A DNA stretch of 64,000 nt from Candidatus Stygibacter australis (GCA_030765845.1 JAVCDJ010000042.1:2310-66309), one strand, 5' to 3'. Positions 8,129 to 18,172 are shown, counted from the stretch's first letter. Notes: generated by a model from the sequence alone, not told the origin. A program made the numbers and translations.

Positions 8129-9253
8129 TTATTCCTGTATCACTTCCACGTTGGCGCGCGGAATACTGATCTTCTTGCCATTATCGAGTTCTGCTTCCAG
8201 GATGCGGACAAGGGTTTCAGATTCCACTTTTGTGAGTTCTTCGGGCAGGGCAGTTATCTTACCGATTTCGCCAAAATTTGGTTGGCGGATGATACGGATA
8301 CGAGAGCCAATCTCTAAGGTAGAAGATTTTGGTTCTTCCAGAACGAGATCTTTTTCGGAGAATACCAGAGGAATGATTATCTCTGGTCTCATCACTCCGG
8401 CTCTGATCTGGGTCATACCATGGCAGGAGGCTTCATGCCCATCAAATTTCTTAAGAAGAGAGAAGGTGTTTTCAGCCATTTTAATATTGCCAAAACCTTC
8501 AGTACAGATAATGGAAAGACCAATCTTCTCATTTCCCGTGATAGCAACACCAATATTATAACCGAGGAGTTTCTTAAGATCATTATCATCAATACCACCC
8601 GTGATGAGAGCACTAACGCCAACTTCCTGAGCCTTGATGATAGTATCATAATCCACCATGGCACCACAGACGCAAATTTTGCCTTTGCAGCTTTCATCCA
8701 AGTCTTTTTTATCAATAGTATCCTGAGGATTTTTTACCAGTACTTTGATCTGTCCATAGGTTTCACCACCAATACCAAAAATACCCTGCACGTAAGCAGA
8801 GCGGTTTTCGATGATCACACCTTCTTCTGGCACAACTTCCACTATAATGCCATCGATGAAGGCTTTCACCTGAACGGGAATACGTGGTTCACGCAGCAGC
8901 ATCTGTCCAGTAAGATTAGAAATATTTTCAATTTCACCCGTAAGCGGTGATTTGATAGTAGTTTTAAACATACCCATAAAGCCGTTTGTCTGAGCAATAA
9001 TATCACCTTTAGTGATATTATCACCTGCAGTAACTTTCAAGTAGTTTTTTACCTGGTCAGCAGGTACACCGAGTTGGTTTGCCAGGTTGAAAGGCATCAC
9101 TTTACCGGGCAGCAGCGTTTGAGCCACCAGGTCTTGAGCTTTCACCTTATCACCTTTTTTGACCAGAACCTGTCCTTTAAGAGGAAGTATGCGTTCTTTA
9201 CGCAGGGTTATGCTTTCTGTAACAGTTAAACCAGCGGAATAAGCTTGAGCCAT
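8129..9253 (-). CDS. Conserved hypothetical protein with N-terminal lipoyl-like barrel-sandwich motifs; partner of the GlmL/MutL-like ATPase
   Basis: 374 aa. Hybrid-motif-like segments VLVKKGDKVKAQDLVAQ and NITKGDIIAQT. The C-terminal half looks Rossmann-like (ICVCGAMVDYDTIIKAQEVGVSALITGG). The start lies 10 nt downstream of the upstream gene's stop. Confidence 0.7.
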   Translation of the reverse strand: MAQAYSAGLTVTESITLRKERILPLKGQVLVKKGDKVKAQDLVAQTLLPGKVMPFNLANQLGVPADQVKNYLKVTAGDNITKGDIIAQTNGFMGMFKTTIKSPLTGEIENISNLTGQMLLREPRIPVQVKAFIDGIIVEVVPEEGVIIENRSAYVQGIFGIGGETYGQIKVLVKNPQDTIDKKDLDESCKGKICVCGAMVDYDTIIKAQEVGVSALITGGIDDNDLKKLLGYNIGVAITGNEKIGLSIICTEGFGNIKMAENTFSLLKKFDGHEASCHGMTQIRAGVMRPEIIIPLVFSEKDLVLEEPKSSTLEIGSRIRIIRQPNFGEIGKITALPEELTKVESETLVRILEAELDNGKKISIPRANVEVIQE

Positions 9254-9263
9254 TTTTTACCTC

Positions 9264-11126
9264 CTAATTTAAGATAGATTCGGGATAAGCATTCAGTTCC
9301 CGCATCCATTTTTTTAATAATCTAACGCGTTCTTCAGTATTTTCTGGAAGATCAAATGGTCTTCTTCCTCTGGTATCCAGCACAATACCCACAACGCCAC
9401 CATGTAATTCAGTAGTAATTTCCTGATTTTTACCTTCGCCAAGATCAAGACCTTGAGATGGTTTGAGAACAGCTTTTGCCTTTTCTCCCACGCCACATTT
9501 CAATAATCTCAATTCACCAAATGGGATATCTTCCTTGAATGTGGAGCCGTCTGGAAGAGTGATCTCAGCAGAAAGTGCTGTTTTTCCATATTTGCCCCTA
9601 CCCACAGGTGCCACGCAGGTACCCAGGTAAACGATACAATCCTTTTCAAAAACTTCTGTAGCTGCTTTTTCAGATATTTCAGCCAATACACCAAGATGAG
9701 GCATCATAAAGATACTATCCACAGCGAGACGAGTGATCCCTTCCGGCAGGAAAGCATCGATCATCATCATCACACCCTGATGCCTGCGGGGAGCATGAGA
9801 AAGCACTCCACCAGAGCCAACGAGCAGATCAAGGGACATCATGTTTACAATAGTTTCACCAGAAGTACTTTGTGAGAATGCTTCATCAATACCACGCTGA
9901 CGTTGAGCGCCCTTAAGAGAGACGGCGAATTCCTTGTGCTGGATGAAGGCATATTTAAGTGCTTCTTTGGCAATAGCCTGTTCCAGAACAAGTTCTTCCA
10001 GTTTTTGAGGAATAGTTGTAGGACGGATCATTTTATTTTTGATCATATTCCGAACTTCGGATTCATCAATATCAAAAGGAACCCAGCGCATAATATTTTT
10101 GATACCGGCAGTAGCCAGCACATTTGAGATACTATAGCTCAGACCCAGATTGGCAGAAACGGTTCTATTAAAGATGTTCTCATCAGTGAATACGGAAAAT
10201 ACATCAGTAGTAGCGCCACCAATATCGACCCCTACAACCTCGATTTTATAGTTACGGGCAATAGTTTGCATAATATTTCCCACAGCAGCGGGAGTAGGCA
10301 TGATCGGGATATTCTCCAGTTTCCCATTGACGGGACCAATCGTCCATTCCATCAATTTGTTATAGCCGGGAGCCTGTTTCATAACGTGCTCCATAAAAAG
10401 GTCATGGATCTTATCTCTTGCGGGACTCAGATTTTCGCGTTCCATAGTGGGGCGTAAATTGTCAGTAATGATCAGGTCCACCTTTTGTTCCAGAATTTCA
10501 CGTATAATGCCCCTGGCATCAGTATTACCGGCATAGATAACCGGGAGTTTATAACTGGAACCCAAACGCGGTTTAGGATCAGCAGCTCCCACCAACTCCG
10601 CCATTTCAGCAGGATGCTTTAGGGTACCCGTATCAATTCCGCCTGCCATGAGAATCATATCGGGCCGTAATTGCCTTATACACTCAATTTTCTCATAATT
10701 AGCTCGCCCGTCGTCAATAGCGATCGTATCCATAACAATGGCACCGGCACCCAAAGCAGCACGCTCAGCACTTTCTGCGGACATTTTCTTGACTGCTCCT
10801 GTAACCAACATCTGCAGTCCCCCACCGGCTGATGAAGTAGACACATAAGCATCAGCTCCATTATCACCTTCCCTGGGTACAATCAAAGTTTCTCCATTCG
10901 TAAGCAGTATATTGGGATTATCATACTTCAATCTGGCAAGTTCCTGCAATTCAGTTACTGCATTGATCACACCTCTAGTAACATCGTTGAGAGGTGCCTC
11001 CACAGTAGTGGGAGCTTCACCACGTACAGTTTGCCGGTATTCTCCGTCAATATACTCAATCAGTATTGCTTTTGTGGTCGTACTACCGCAATCAGTAGCA
11101 ATAATACGCCTTAACTCTTGAGCCAT
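9264..11126 (-). CDS. GlmL/MutL-family protein (glutamate-mutase accessory-like, ASKHA/hydantoinase-type ATPase fold)
   Basis: 620 aa. N-terminal phosphate-1 motif IATDCGSTTTKAIL, TSSAGGGLQM, LMAGGIDTG, and a second nucleotide-binding repeat VGVDIGGATTDVFSV. These match my recollection of the MutL (PF13941-type) family. Confidence 0.75.
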   Translation of the reverse strand: MAQELRRIIATDCGSTTTKAILIEYIDGEYRQTVRGEAPTTVEAPLNDVTRGVINAVTELQELARLKYDNPNILLTNGETLIVPREGDNGADAYVSTSSAGGGLQMLVTGAVKKMSAESAERAALGAGAIVMDTIAIDDGRANYEKIECIRQLRPDMILMAGGIDTGTLKHPAEMAELVGAADPKPRLGSSYKLPVIYAGNTDARGIIREILEQKVDLIITDNLRPTMERENLSPARDKIHDLFMEHVMKQAPGYNKLMEWTIGPVNGKLENIPIMPTPAAVGNIMQTIARNYKIEVVGVDIGGATTDVFSVFTDENIFNRTVSANLGLSYSISNVLATAGIKNIMRWVPFDIDESEVRNMIKNKMIRPTTIPQKLEELVLEQAIAKEALKYAFIQHKEFAVSLKGAQRQRGIDEAFSQSTSGETIVNMMSLDLLVGSGGVLSHAPRRHQGVMMMIDAFLPEGITRLAVDSIFMMPHLGVLAEISEKAATEVFEKDCIVYLGTCVAPVGRGKYGKTALSAEITLPDGSTFKEDIPFGELRLLKCGVGEKAKAVLKPSQGLDLGEGKNQEITTELHGGVVGIVLDTRGRRPFDLPENTEERVRLLKKWMRELNAYPESILN

Positions 11127-11138
11127 ATATTCCTCCGT

Positions 11139-11522
11139 TTATTTCTTAAATATTTTATTGAAAAATTCTTTTTGTTTCTCTTTTCTTACTTTTCTCTTAA
11201 TCTGTTTAATTTTTCTTTCTTCCCGCCAGATTTCCGTATCAACCTCATCAATGCGCTCCAGCAGAATTTTAATATATTCATCATTTTCCATCATGGCAGC
11301 AAATTCCTGATATTGGCGGGGATTGAAAAAAAGTTCTGCAAAAGGCATGATCATATACATGATCTGGCTGCCAATGAAATTAAGGGGGCGCAATGATTCA
11401 ATGGTCATCAAAGCAGCGGGGGACAGCCTGCGTTCAGCGATAAAGTGAGCAGCTTTATCAATGAGTACTAAAGCCCTTTCGCGGCTGATATCAAGTATGA
11501 GTCCGCTTGATTTTTGTTCCAA
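11139..11522 (-). CDS. Hypothetical protein, first gene of the GlmL/MutL-like operon
   Basis: 127 aa with a Lys/Glu-rich C-terminus. Its stop lies 12 nt upstream of the MutL-like start. I recognise no family. Confidence 0.55.
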   Translation of the reverse strand: MEQKSSGLILDISRERALVLIDKAAHFIAERRLSPAALMTIESLRPLNFIGSQIMYMIMPFAELFFNPRQYQEFAAMMENDEYIKILLERIDEVDTEIWREERKIKQIKRKVRKEKQKEFFNKIFKK

Positions 11523-11551
11523 TATCTACCACCTTAATACATTATTTTCAA

Positions 11552-12310
11552 TCAAGTAAAGATTTGTGATGGTCTTGCTATTGTCAAGACAAAGACTTGT
11601 CTAACTCCATGCTTTTTTAATATATGGGCTATGCTGTTACAGGTGGCTCCAGTAGTAAATACATCATCCAGCAAAAGTATGGTTTTATTTTTAAGAGACT
11701 GGTAATTTGAGATTGTGAAGGCATTTTTTACATTTTTAAGCCGTTCAGATCTCCCTAAGCTGGTTTGTGTTCTGGTATAACGATTTCTGGTAATGATATC
11801 TTCATGATACTCCAGACCTGAAAATTTTGCCAGCCAGCGTCCGATTTCAGCACTTTGATTAAAGCCTCTTTCGCGAAATTTCACTTTATGAAGAGGTACC
11901 GGGATTAGGATATCAGGCTTTGGCCACTGCCAGTGATTTTCCAGATAGAGACTGGCATAGGCAGCCAGAACGGGAGCAACTTTGCGGAAACGGTAGTATT
12001 TTAATCCATGGATCAATCTTCTGGTGCGGTCATCAAAGAGAAAAACTGAACGGGCAGCATTAAAGAGAAATTTTGTTTTAGTGCAGTGAGGACAGCCAGA
12101 TGGTAGAATTGGGTTACCGCATTTGGGGCAGATATCATCAGAGAGGACCACCAGATGTTCAAGGCAGGCAGGGCATAAATAGCGATTGATCTCCCACAAT
12201 TTTTGTTTTCTTTCGTCTTCAAAATCTCCTGCTGGCTGATACTCGATCCTGTCTCCGCAACAAAAGCAGATTTCAGGGAAAATAAGATCAAACAAAGCTT
12301 TCAGGAACAT
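11552..12310 (-). CDS. comF: ComF-family protein (double zinc ribbon plus phosphoribosyltransferase domain)
   Basis: N-terminal CxxC pairs (CFCC, CPAC, CPKC, CPHC) and the PRTase motif ILLLDDVFTTGATCNS. Confidence 0.85.
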   Translation of the reverse strand: MFLKALFDLIFPEICFCCGDRIEYQPAGDFEDERKQKLWEINRYLCPACLEHLVVLSDDICPKCGNPILPSGCPHCTKTKFLFNAARSVFLFDDRTRRLIHGLKYYRFRKVAPVLAAYASLYLENHWQWPKPDILIPVPLHKVKFRERGFNQSAEIGRWLAKFSGLEYHEDIITRNRYTRTQTSLGRSERLKNVKNAFTISNYQSLKNKTILLLDDVFTTGATCNSIAHILKKHGVRQVFVLTIARPSQIFT

Positions 12311-12324
12311 GGTTAGTTATATCT

Positions 12325-12585
12325 CTAATTCTGATCTATAGTCTGGGTTTCTTCCTTTTCATTTTCAGCAATCTGATCAAGCTCTTTTCTGAGTTTCTTT
12401 TGATAATAAAATCCCACTCCCAAATAGAAAAGTAGAATGGCAACTGCCAGCCATTTGATTATTTCCATAGGAATCCAGAAATTATAAATGAGGAAAGAGA
12501 TTATTATCAATATTACCAACGGCATACGTGCTTTCAATTTTTCCTTGCGGATTTCATAAATGACCTGTTTTTGTTTTTCGTTCAT
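12325..12585 (-). CDS. Small membrane protein, hypothetical
   Basis: 86 aa with two hydrophobic helices. Abuts the purB stop. Confidence 0.5.
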   Translation of the reverse strand: MNEKQKQVIYEIRKEKLKARMPLVILIIISFLIYNFWIPMEIIKWLAVAILLFYLGVGFYYQKKLRKELDQIAENEKEETQTIDQN

Positions 12586-13877
12586 TATTTAAATACCCTT
12601 TTGTAGATAAATTCTACATTTTTCAGATAACGGCCATAGCTGAAGATATCTTTGATCTCCTTATCGCTCAAATATTCCTTTATCTGTTCATCAACCATTA
12701 CCAGATCAATAAATTGTTCTCCGGTTTTCCAGCTTTGCATGGCATTTTTCTGTACTATAGCATAAGATTCTTCGCGTGAAATACCAGTTTTTGCCAGTTC
12801 CAGGAGTAAAACCTGAGAAAATACCAGTCCATTAGTGAGCTTAAGATTCTTCATCATATTTTCAGGATAAACAAGCAGGTTTTCGATAAGCGTGATCATT
12901 TTATTGAGCATATAATTAACCATTATAGTGGCATCAGGTAAAATAATGCGCTCCACGGAAGAATGGCTGATATCACGTTCATGCCAGAGTGTATTATTTT
13001 CCATAGCTGTGTGGGCATAGGAACGTAATAACCGCGACATACCAGTCATTTGCTCTGTTGTGATAGGATTTCTTTTATGGGGCATTGCTGAAGAACCTTT
13101 TTGTCCACTGCTGAAATTTTCTTCCACTTCTCTCACTTCAGTACGCTGCAAATGCCTGATCTCTACCGATATTTTTTCAATTGTGGAACCTATGGCTGCC
13201 AGAGCGTAAAGAAATTCAGCAATTCTATCCCGCTGGATCACCTGAGTGGATACATTTACCGGTGTCAGATCAAGATATTCGCAGGTAAGCAGCTCTATTT
13301 CAGGTGAAAGATGGGCATAATTTCCCACAGCACCGGAAATCTGTCCCACTGAAATACTTTCAATGGCAGTTTCCAGTCTGCGCAGGTTACGCTGCATTTC
13401 ATCATACCAGAGAGCAAATTTAAGACCGAAAGAGGTGGGCTCAGCATGAATACCATGTGATCTGCCAATGCAAAGCGTGTTTTGATATTCTTCTGCTCTC
13501 AATTTCAATTCTTCTGAAAGTTTCATTAAGTCCCGCTCAATGATGCCGCCAGCTTGAAGCAGTTGCAGAGATGTGGCAGTATCCAGCACATCAGAAGAGG
13601 TCATGCCATAATGTATCCAGCGTGAAGAAGGTCCCACATATTCTGCCACGCATGTGAGGAAAGCGATCACATCATGCTTGGTAACCTTTTCTATCTCATC
13701 AATTCGTTCCTCGTTAAAATCTGCATTTTCCAGGATATTTTCCAGATCTTCATCGGGGATAATACCGGTCTCATTCATAGCACGGCAGGCAGCCAGTTCC
13801 ACATCCAGCATACACTGATAACGATTTTTCAATTCCCATATCCTGCTCATTTCCGGTCTTGAATAGCGCTCTATCAT
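12585..13877 (-). CDS. purB: Adenylosuccinate lyase
   Basis: MIERYSRPEMSRIW N-terminus and the fumarate-lyase signature GSSAMPHKRNP. Confidence 0.95.
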   Translation of the reverse strand: MIERYSRPEMSRIWELKNRYQCMLDVELAACRAMNETGIIPDEDLENILENADFNEERIDEIEKVTKHDVIAFLTCVAEYVGPSSRWIHYGMTSSDVLDTATSLQLLQAGGIIERDLMKLSEELKLRAEEYQNTLCIGRSHGIHAEPTSFGLKFALWYDEMQRNLRRLETAIESISVGQISGAVGNYAHLSPEIELLTCEYLDLTPVNVSTQVIQRDRIAEFLYALAAIGSTIEKISVEIRHLQRTEVREVEENFSSGQKGSSAMPHKRNPITTEQMTGMSRLLRSYAHTAMENNTLWHERDISHSSVERIILPDATIMVNYMLNKMITLIENLLVYPENMMKNLKLTNGLVFSQVLLLELAKTGISREESYAIVQKNAMQSWKTGEQFIDLVMVDEQIKEYLSDKEIKDIFSYGRYLKNVEFIYKRVFK

Positions 13878-13886
13878 AATATACTC

Positions 13887-14510
13887 CTATTCATTATTGA
13901 TAAATTTATCAATTTCTATCATAATTGATATTTTATTTTGATAATATATCTCTATTGCTTCAGGATGCAAAGAGAATTCCCGCTTAATTTTCAATTTAAT
14001 CTGACTGTCTTTTAATATTATATCTTCCAGTTGCATATTTCTGTTGAATTTCAGAGTCCGATCTGCAGTTTCATATTTTCGGGTTCTGATGATTTCCACC
14101 AGGTTCTCTCTTATCCCCTGCTCTTCAAAAAAACCGTCCTGGAAAACAGTTAAACCAGTGATCATTGTTTTTATCTGAGCTAATTGCATAGGGTCTTCTA
14201 TGGAAGGGATATTTATATTGATGCTGTCTGCAATTGTCAAACTAGCAAAAGGCTGGGGTGAAAATCCAAAAAGCCCAGTGTCATATAAAGTCATCTTAAG
14301 CATAGTGGAATCTTTGATTATTGTTACATCTTTGATCAGATTAAATTCCGCTATATATAGCTTAATGATACCATCAATTCTGAAATCCTGCCAAAGTTCA
14401 ATTTCTGAGAAAAGCTTCTGTTTCTGTGCATTAGTATCTACATTGAATATGGAACAACTGCAAAACAGGAGTATTAATATACCCAGAAGTATTATTGACT
14501 TGTAACGCAT
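13887..14510 (-). CDS. Putative lipoprotein, unknown function
   Basis: Signal peptide with lipobox (ILILLFCSCS). Overlaps the lgt 3' end by 19 nt. Confidence 0.6.
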   Translation of the reverse strand: MRYKSIILLGILILLFCSCSIFNVDTNAQKQKLFSEIELWQDFRIDGIIKLYIAEFNLIKDVTIIKDSTMLKMTLYDTGLFGFSPQPFASLTIADSININIPSIEDPMQLAQIKTMITGLTVFQDGFFEEQGIRENLVEIIRTRKYETADRTLKFNRNMQLEDIILKDSQIKLKIKREFSLHPEAIEIYYQNKISIMIEIDKFINNE

Positions 14511-15280
14511 TTCCTGTCCGGTTTATGAAATAGAATGCCAGCCAGACCTGCCAGGATCATAAATGTACTTAAAATTTGTCCCATAGTTGTGAATCCCCAA
14601 ATATAACCAAGCTGTTCATCAGGAATCCTGATAAATTCAATGAGAAAACGGAAAATCCCATATCCCAGCAGCCAACTCCAGAAAACCAGTCCATTTCTAC
14701 GGGATTTTACTAATATAGTCTGCGTAATAATAATGAGAATTACCCCTTCAAAAAGCATCTCATATAGCTGGGTGGGATGCCGAGGCTGATCACCACCTCC
14801 AGGAAAGATAATTCCCCAGGGCAGGTCAGTAACCTTGCCATACAATTCACCATTAATAAAATTTCCCAGCCTGCCTAGAGCAAGCCCTATAGTGCCAATG
14901 GGAGCAGTAGCATCTGCCACCTGCCAGAAACTTACAGCATGCTTTTTGCAAAATCTCCAGCCTACAAAGATAACTCCTAAAGCTCCACCATGGAAGCTCA
15001 TACCACCTTCCCAGACAGCCAGGAGCTTGAGTGGATTTTCCAGATAGAATCCCAGATTATAAAATAAAATATAACCCAGCCTGCCACCAATGATCACACC
15101 CAGGCAGAGATTAAAAATGAATGTTTCGTAATCTTCTGACTTAAGATTTATATTTCGATATTTTAAATTCTTTTTCAGCAGTATATATCCTAAGACAAAA
15201 CTGAGTAGATAAAAGAAACCGTACCAGCGGATTTGTACCATCCCTAAATCTAAGATCACAGGATTAATATTGTGTATCAT
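14492..15280 (-). CDS. lgt: Prolipoprotein diacylglyceryl transferase
   Basis: Polytopic membrane protein with GMSFHGGALG and RHPTQLYE motifs. Confidence 0.92.
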   Translation of the reverse strand: MIHNINPVILDLGMVQIRWYGFFYLLSFVLGYILLKKNLKYRNINLKSEDYETFIFNLCLGVIIGGRLGYILFYNLGFYLENPLKLLAVWEGGMSFHGGALGVIFVGWRFCKKHAVSFWQVADATAPIGTIGLALGRLGNFINGELYGKVTDLPWGIIFPGGGDQPRHPTQLYEMLFEGVILIIITQTILVKSRRNGLVFWSWLLGYGIFRFLIEFIRIPDEQLGYIWGFTTMGQILSTFMILAGLAGILFHKPDRKCVTSQ

Positions 15281-15285
15281 GCAAT

Positions 15286-16071
15286 TTATTTCCCTAATTC
15301 TTTCAATCGGTCATATACTTTATTAGCAGCATCCTCAGCAGTTAATCCTTCCAGTTTTTCCACTTCTTTTTCCAGTTTGGGTGAAAATATCTTCACTACC
15401 TGAGTGGGAGAACCATTCAAGCCAATTTCCTTTTCATCTAATGCCAGATCATCGGCATTCCAGATAGTTAGTTCTGCTTTCTTCGCCTGCCGTTTTCCCC
15501 GTAAGGATGGCAATCTGGGAATATTCAGGTCTTTTACAACCGAAAACACTGCTGGCAGAGGTGACTTGACCACATCGAAACCCTCTTCCATTAATCTGTG
15601 AAGAGTAACGCTTTCTTCTGAAATCTCTTTAATCTCTTTCACAAAGCATACCTGAGGCAGATCAAGAAAAGCAGCAACTCCAGGTCCTACCTGTCCCGTG
15701 TCACCATCAATCGCCTGCTGGCCAAAAAAGATAAGATCGAAGTCACCAATCTTTTTTATTGCCTCAGAAAGTGTGTGTGAAGTTGCCCAGCTATCAGCAC
15801 CGGCAAATTTACGGTCACTCAGAAGAATGATTTCATCCACACCTAATGCCACAGCATCTCTTAATGCCTTTTCCACCTGGGGAGGACCCATACTGAGAGC
15901 AGTAACTTTTCCGCCAAATTTCTCCTTGATTCTCACTGCTGCTTCAATAGCATACAGATCAAATGGATTGATAATACTCTCCACTCCCTCTCGGATCAAA
16001 GTATTAGTTACTGGATCAATCCTGATCTCTGTAGTATCTGGTACCTGCTTTATACATACTATACAGTTCAT
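15286..16071 (-). CDS. etfB: Electron transfer flavoprotein beta subunit
   Basis: N-terminus MNCIVCIKQVPDTTEIRIDPVTNTLIREG..INPFDLYAIEAAVRIKE is typical of EtfB. No etfA is adjacent. Confidence 0.9.
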   Translation of the reverse strand: MNCIVCIKQVPDTTEIRIDPVTNTLIREGVESIINPFDLYAIEAAVRIKEKFGGKVTALSMGPPQVEKALRDAVALGVDEIILLSDRKFAGADSWATSHTLSEAIKKIGDFDLIFFGQQAIDGDTGQVGPGVAAFLDLPQVCFVKEIKEISEESVTLHRLMEEGFDVVKSPLPAVFSVVKDLNIPRLPSLRGKRQAKKAELTIWNADDLALDEKEIGLNGSPTQVVKIFSPKLEKEVEKLEGLTAEDAANKVYDRLKELGK

Positions 16072-16074
16072 AAT

Positions 16075-17184
16075 TTAACTCCTGTGATAAAATTCTCTGA
16101 CCTTGCTGATAACATAATCCTGCTGCTCTCTGCTCAGCTCAGAATAAATAGGTAGAGAAATCACCTGCTCAGTGACGGCTTCACTCACTGGAAAATCACC
16201 TTTCTTATGGTTAAGATAAGCAAAGCACTCCTGCAGATGCAATGATTTGGGATAATAAATATTGCAGCCCACATCATTCTTACGCAAAAATTCCATAAGC
16301 TCATCCCGACGTTCAGCTTTTAGTGTATACTGATTGAAAATAGATTCAGCATCTGGATGAATATATGGCAGCTCAATGCCTTTGATATCAGCCATATTCT
16401 CATAATAATATTGCGCATTTTCCTGGCGTTCTTTTGTCCATTTTTCCAGATAGGGCAATTTCACCAGTAATACTGCTGCCTGCAAAGTATCTAACCTGCT
16501 ATTCAATCCCACCCATTTATGAATATATTTAGGATGTTCACCATGGGTACGCAGCATAGTAATTATTTCTGCCAGTTCATCATCATCAGTAATGCACATA
16601 CCGGCATCTCCCATTGCTCCCAGGTTTTTACTGGGGAAAAATGACAGGGTCGCTATATCACCAAAATAACCAGCCGGTTTACCCTGAAATTTTGCTCCAA
16701 TAGCCTGAGCAGTATCTTCAATTATCTTCAAATCATATTTATCTGCTATCTTTTTAATCTTATCCATTTCACAGGTTTGACCAAATAGATGAACCGGAAT
16801 AATTGCCCGGGTTTTATCTGTGATCGCTGCTTCTATCTTTTCGGGATCAATATTAAAAGTTCTGGGATCAATATCTACAAATACCGGTTTACCATCAACC
16901 CGATGAATTGAACCGGCAGTGGCAAAAAAGGTAAATGGAGTAGTTATTACTTCATCTTCAGGTTGAATATCAATCGCCTTAAGTGCCAGCACCAGAGCAT
17001 CTGTGCCAGAAGCACAGCCAATCGCTCTATTAACCTGACAATATTGGGCAATAGCAGCTTCAATCTCAGCAACTTCTGGTCCCAGGATATATCTGTGACT
17101 GGCAAAAACCTTTTCAACAGCTATTTTTATCTCATCCAGTATATCATCATACTGTGCATTAAGATCTAAAAGAGGAACTTTCAT
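16075..17184 (-). CDS. DegT/DnrJ/EryC1/StrS-family sugar aminotransferase
   Basis: MKVPLLDLNAQY..YILGPEV..FEAAIAQY-type N-terminus, CASGTDAL, and FFPSKNLGAMGDAG with the PLP lysine. Confidence 0.9.
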   Translation of the reverse strand: MKVPLLDLNAQYDDILDEIKIAVEKVFASHRYILGPEVAEIEAAIAQYCQVNRAIGCASGTDALVLALKAIDIQPEDEVITTPFTFFATAGSIHRVDGKPVFVDIDPRTFNIDPEKIEAAITDKTRAIIPVHLFGQTCEMDKIKKIADKYDLKIIEDTAQAIGAKFQGKPAGYFGDIATLSFFPSKNLGAMGDAGMCITDDDELAEIITMLRTHGEHPKYIHKWVGLNSRLDTLQAAVLLVKLPYLEKWTKERQENAQYYYENMADIKGIELPYIHPDAESIFNQYTLKAERRDELMEFLRKNDVGCNIYYPKSLHLQECFAYLNHKKGDFPVSEAVTEQVISLPIYSELSREQQDYVISKVREFYHRS

Positions 17185-17195
17185 TTTACACCTGT

Positions 17196-18155
17196 TTATT
17201 TTTCAAAATAATCTATAATTCTGGTTAATATATTTTTGAGATCATGTTTTGTCTGATAATCAATCAGATTCTTAATCTTTGTAAGGTCAGGAACTCTGCG
17301 TCTCATATCCTCAAAACCTTCTTCATAAGCATCTTCATAATTAATGTATTCTATCTTGGATTTACTGTGCGTCATTTCTTTGATAATGTGCGCCAGTTCC
17401 TCAATTGATATACTCTCATCATTGCCAATATTATAAATTTCTCCCTCAGCTTCCTTGGTATCCATCAAGGTTATCATTCCTTCCGTAACATCATCCACAT
17501 CGCAGAAACAGCGACTTTGTTTTCCATCGCCAAATATTGTGATCGGGTGGTTAAGAAGTGCGCTTTTCACGAACTTGGGTATTACCATCCCATATTGACC
17601 GGTCTGTCTGGGTCCCACTGTATTAAAGCAGCGAACTATCACGATCGGCAGTCTTTTTTCACGAAAATATGCCAGTGCCAGAAATTCATCTATTGCCTTA
17701 GATGAAGAATAACTCCATCTGGATATATGAGTAGAACCTAAAAAGCGGTCAGCATTTTCTTTGAAAGGAATCTGATCACTCTTTCCATAAATCTCTGAGG
17801 TGGAAGCAATCAATAATTTCCGTTTGTATTCATTGGCGAATTCCAGCACATTGTCCGTACCCGTGATATTCACCTTCAATGACTGAAGCGGATTATCGAT
17901 GATATACTTCACTCCCACGGCTGCTGCCATATGGTATATTTGATCATTTTCTTCGATCAATTTCTTTAAAACCTTTCGGTTCAAGATAGAATCAATCGTG
18001 TATGAAAACCGCTGATTCTTCAAAAATGGTTTAATATTAGAAAACTTACCAGTTGATAAATTATCAATCACTGATACTTCATGTCCTCGCTTTAATAGCT
18101 TTTCCACCAAATGTGAACCGATAAAACCAGACCCGCCGGTTATTAATATCTTCAT
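17196..18155 (-). CDS. NAD-dependent nucleotide-sugar epimerase/dehydratase (SDR family)
   Basis: MKILITGGSGFIGSHLVEKLL Rossmann motif and the catalytic YSSSK motif. Confidence 0.9.
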   Translation of the reverse strand: MKILITGGSGFIGSHLVEKLLKRGHEVSVIDNLSTGKFSNIKPFLKNQRFSYTIDSILNRKVLKKLIEENDQIYHMAAAVGVKYIIDNPLQSLKVNITGTDNVLEFANEYKRKLLIASTSEIYGKSDQIPFKENADRFLGSTHISRWSYSSSKAIDEFLALAYFREKRLPIVIVRCFNTVGPRQTGQYGMVIPKFVKSALLNHPITIFGDGKQSRCFCDVDDVTEGMITLMDTKEAEGEIYNIGNDESISIEELAHIIKEMTHSKSKIEYINYEDAYEEGFEDMRRRVPDLTKIKNLIDYQTKHDLKNILTRIIDYFEK

Positions 18156-18172
18156 ATTTTCTCCTGATCAGA

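Noticed and set aside
8151-8950. Long alternate-frame and antisense ORFs inside the 374-aa gene (8151-8561 plus strand, 8413-8715 minus strand, 8420-8950 plus strand). Similar shadows lie inside dnaA (38988-39398), etfB (15698-16078) and the thioesterase gene (40866-41252).
   Set aside because: They fully overlap genes whose products have clear family motifs or operon context. Their translations are low-complexity with no recognisable motifs, signal peptides or RBS, so they are typical shadow ORFs.
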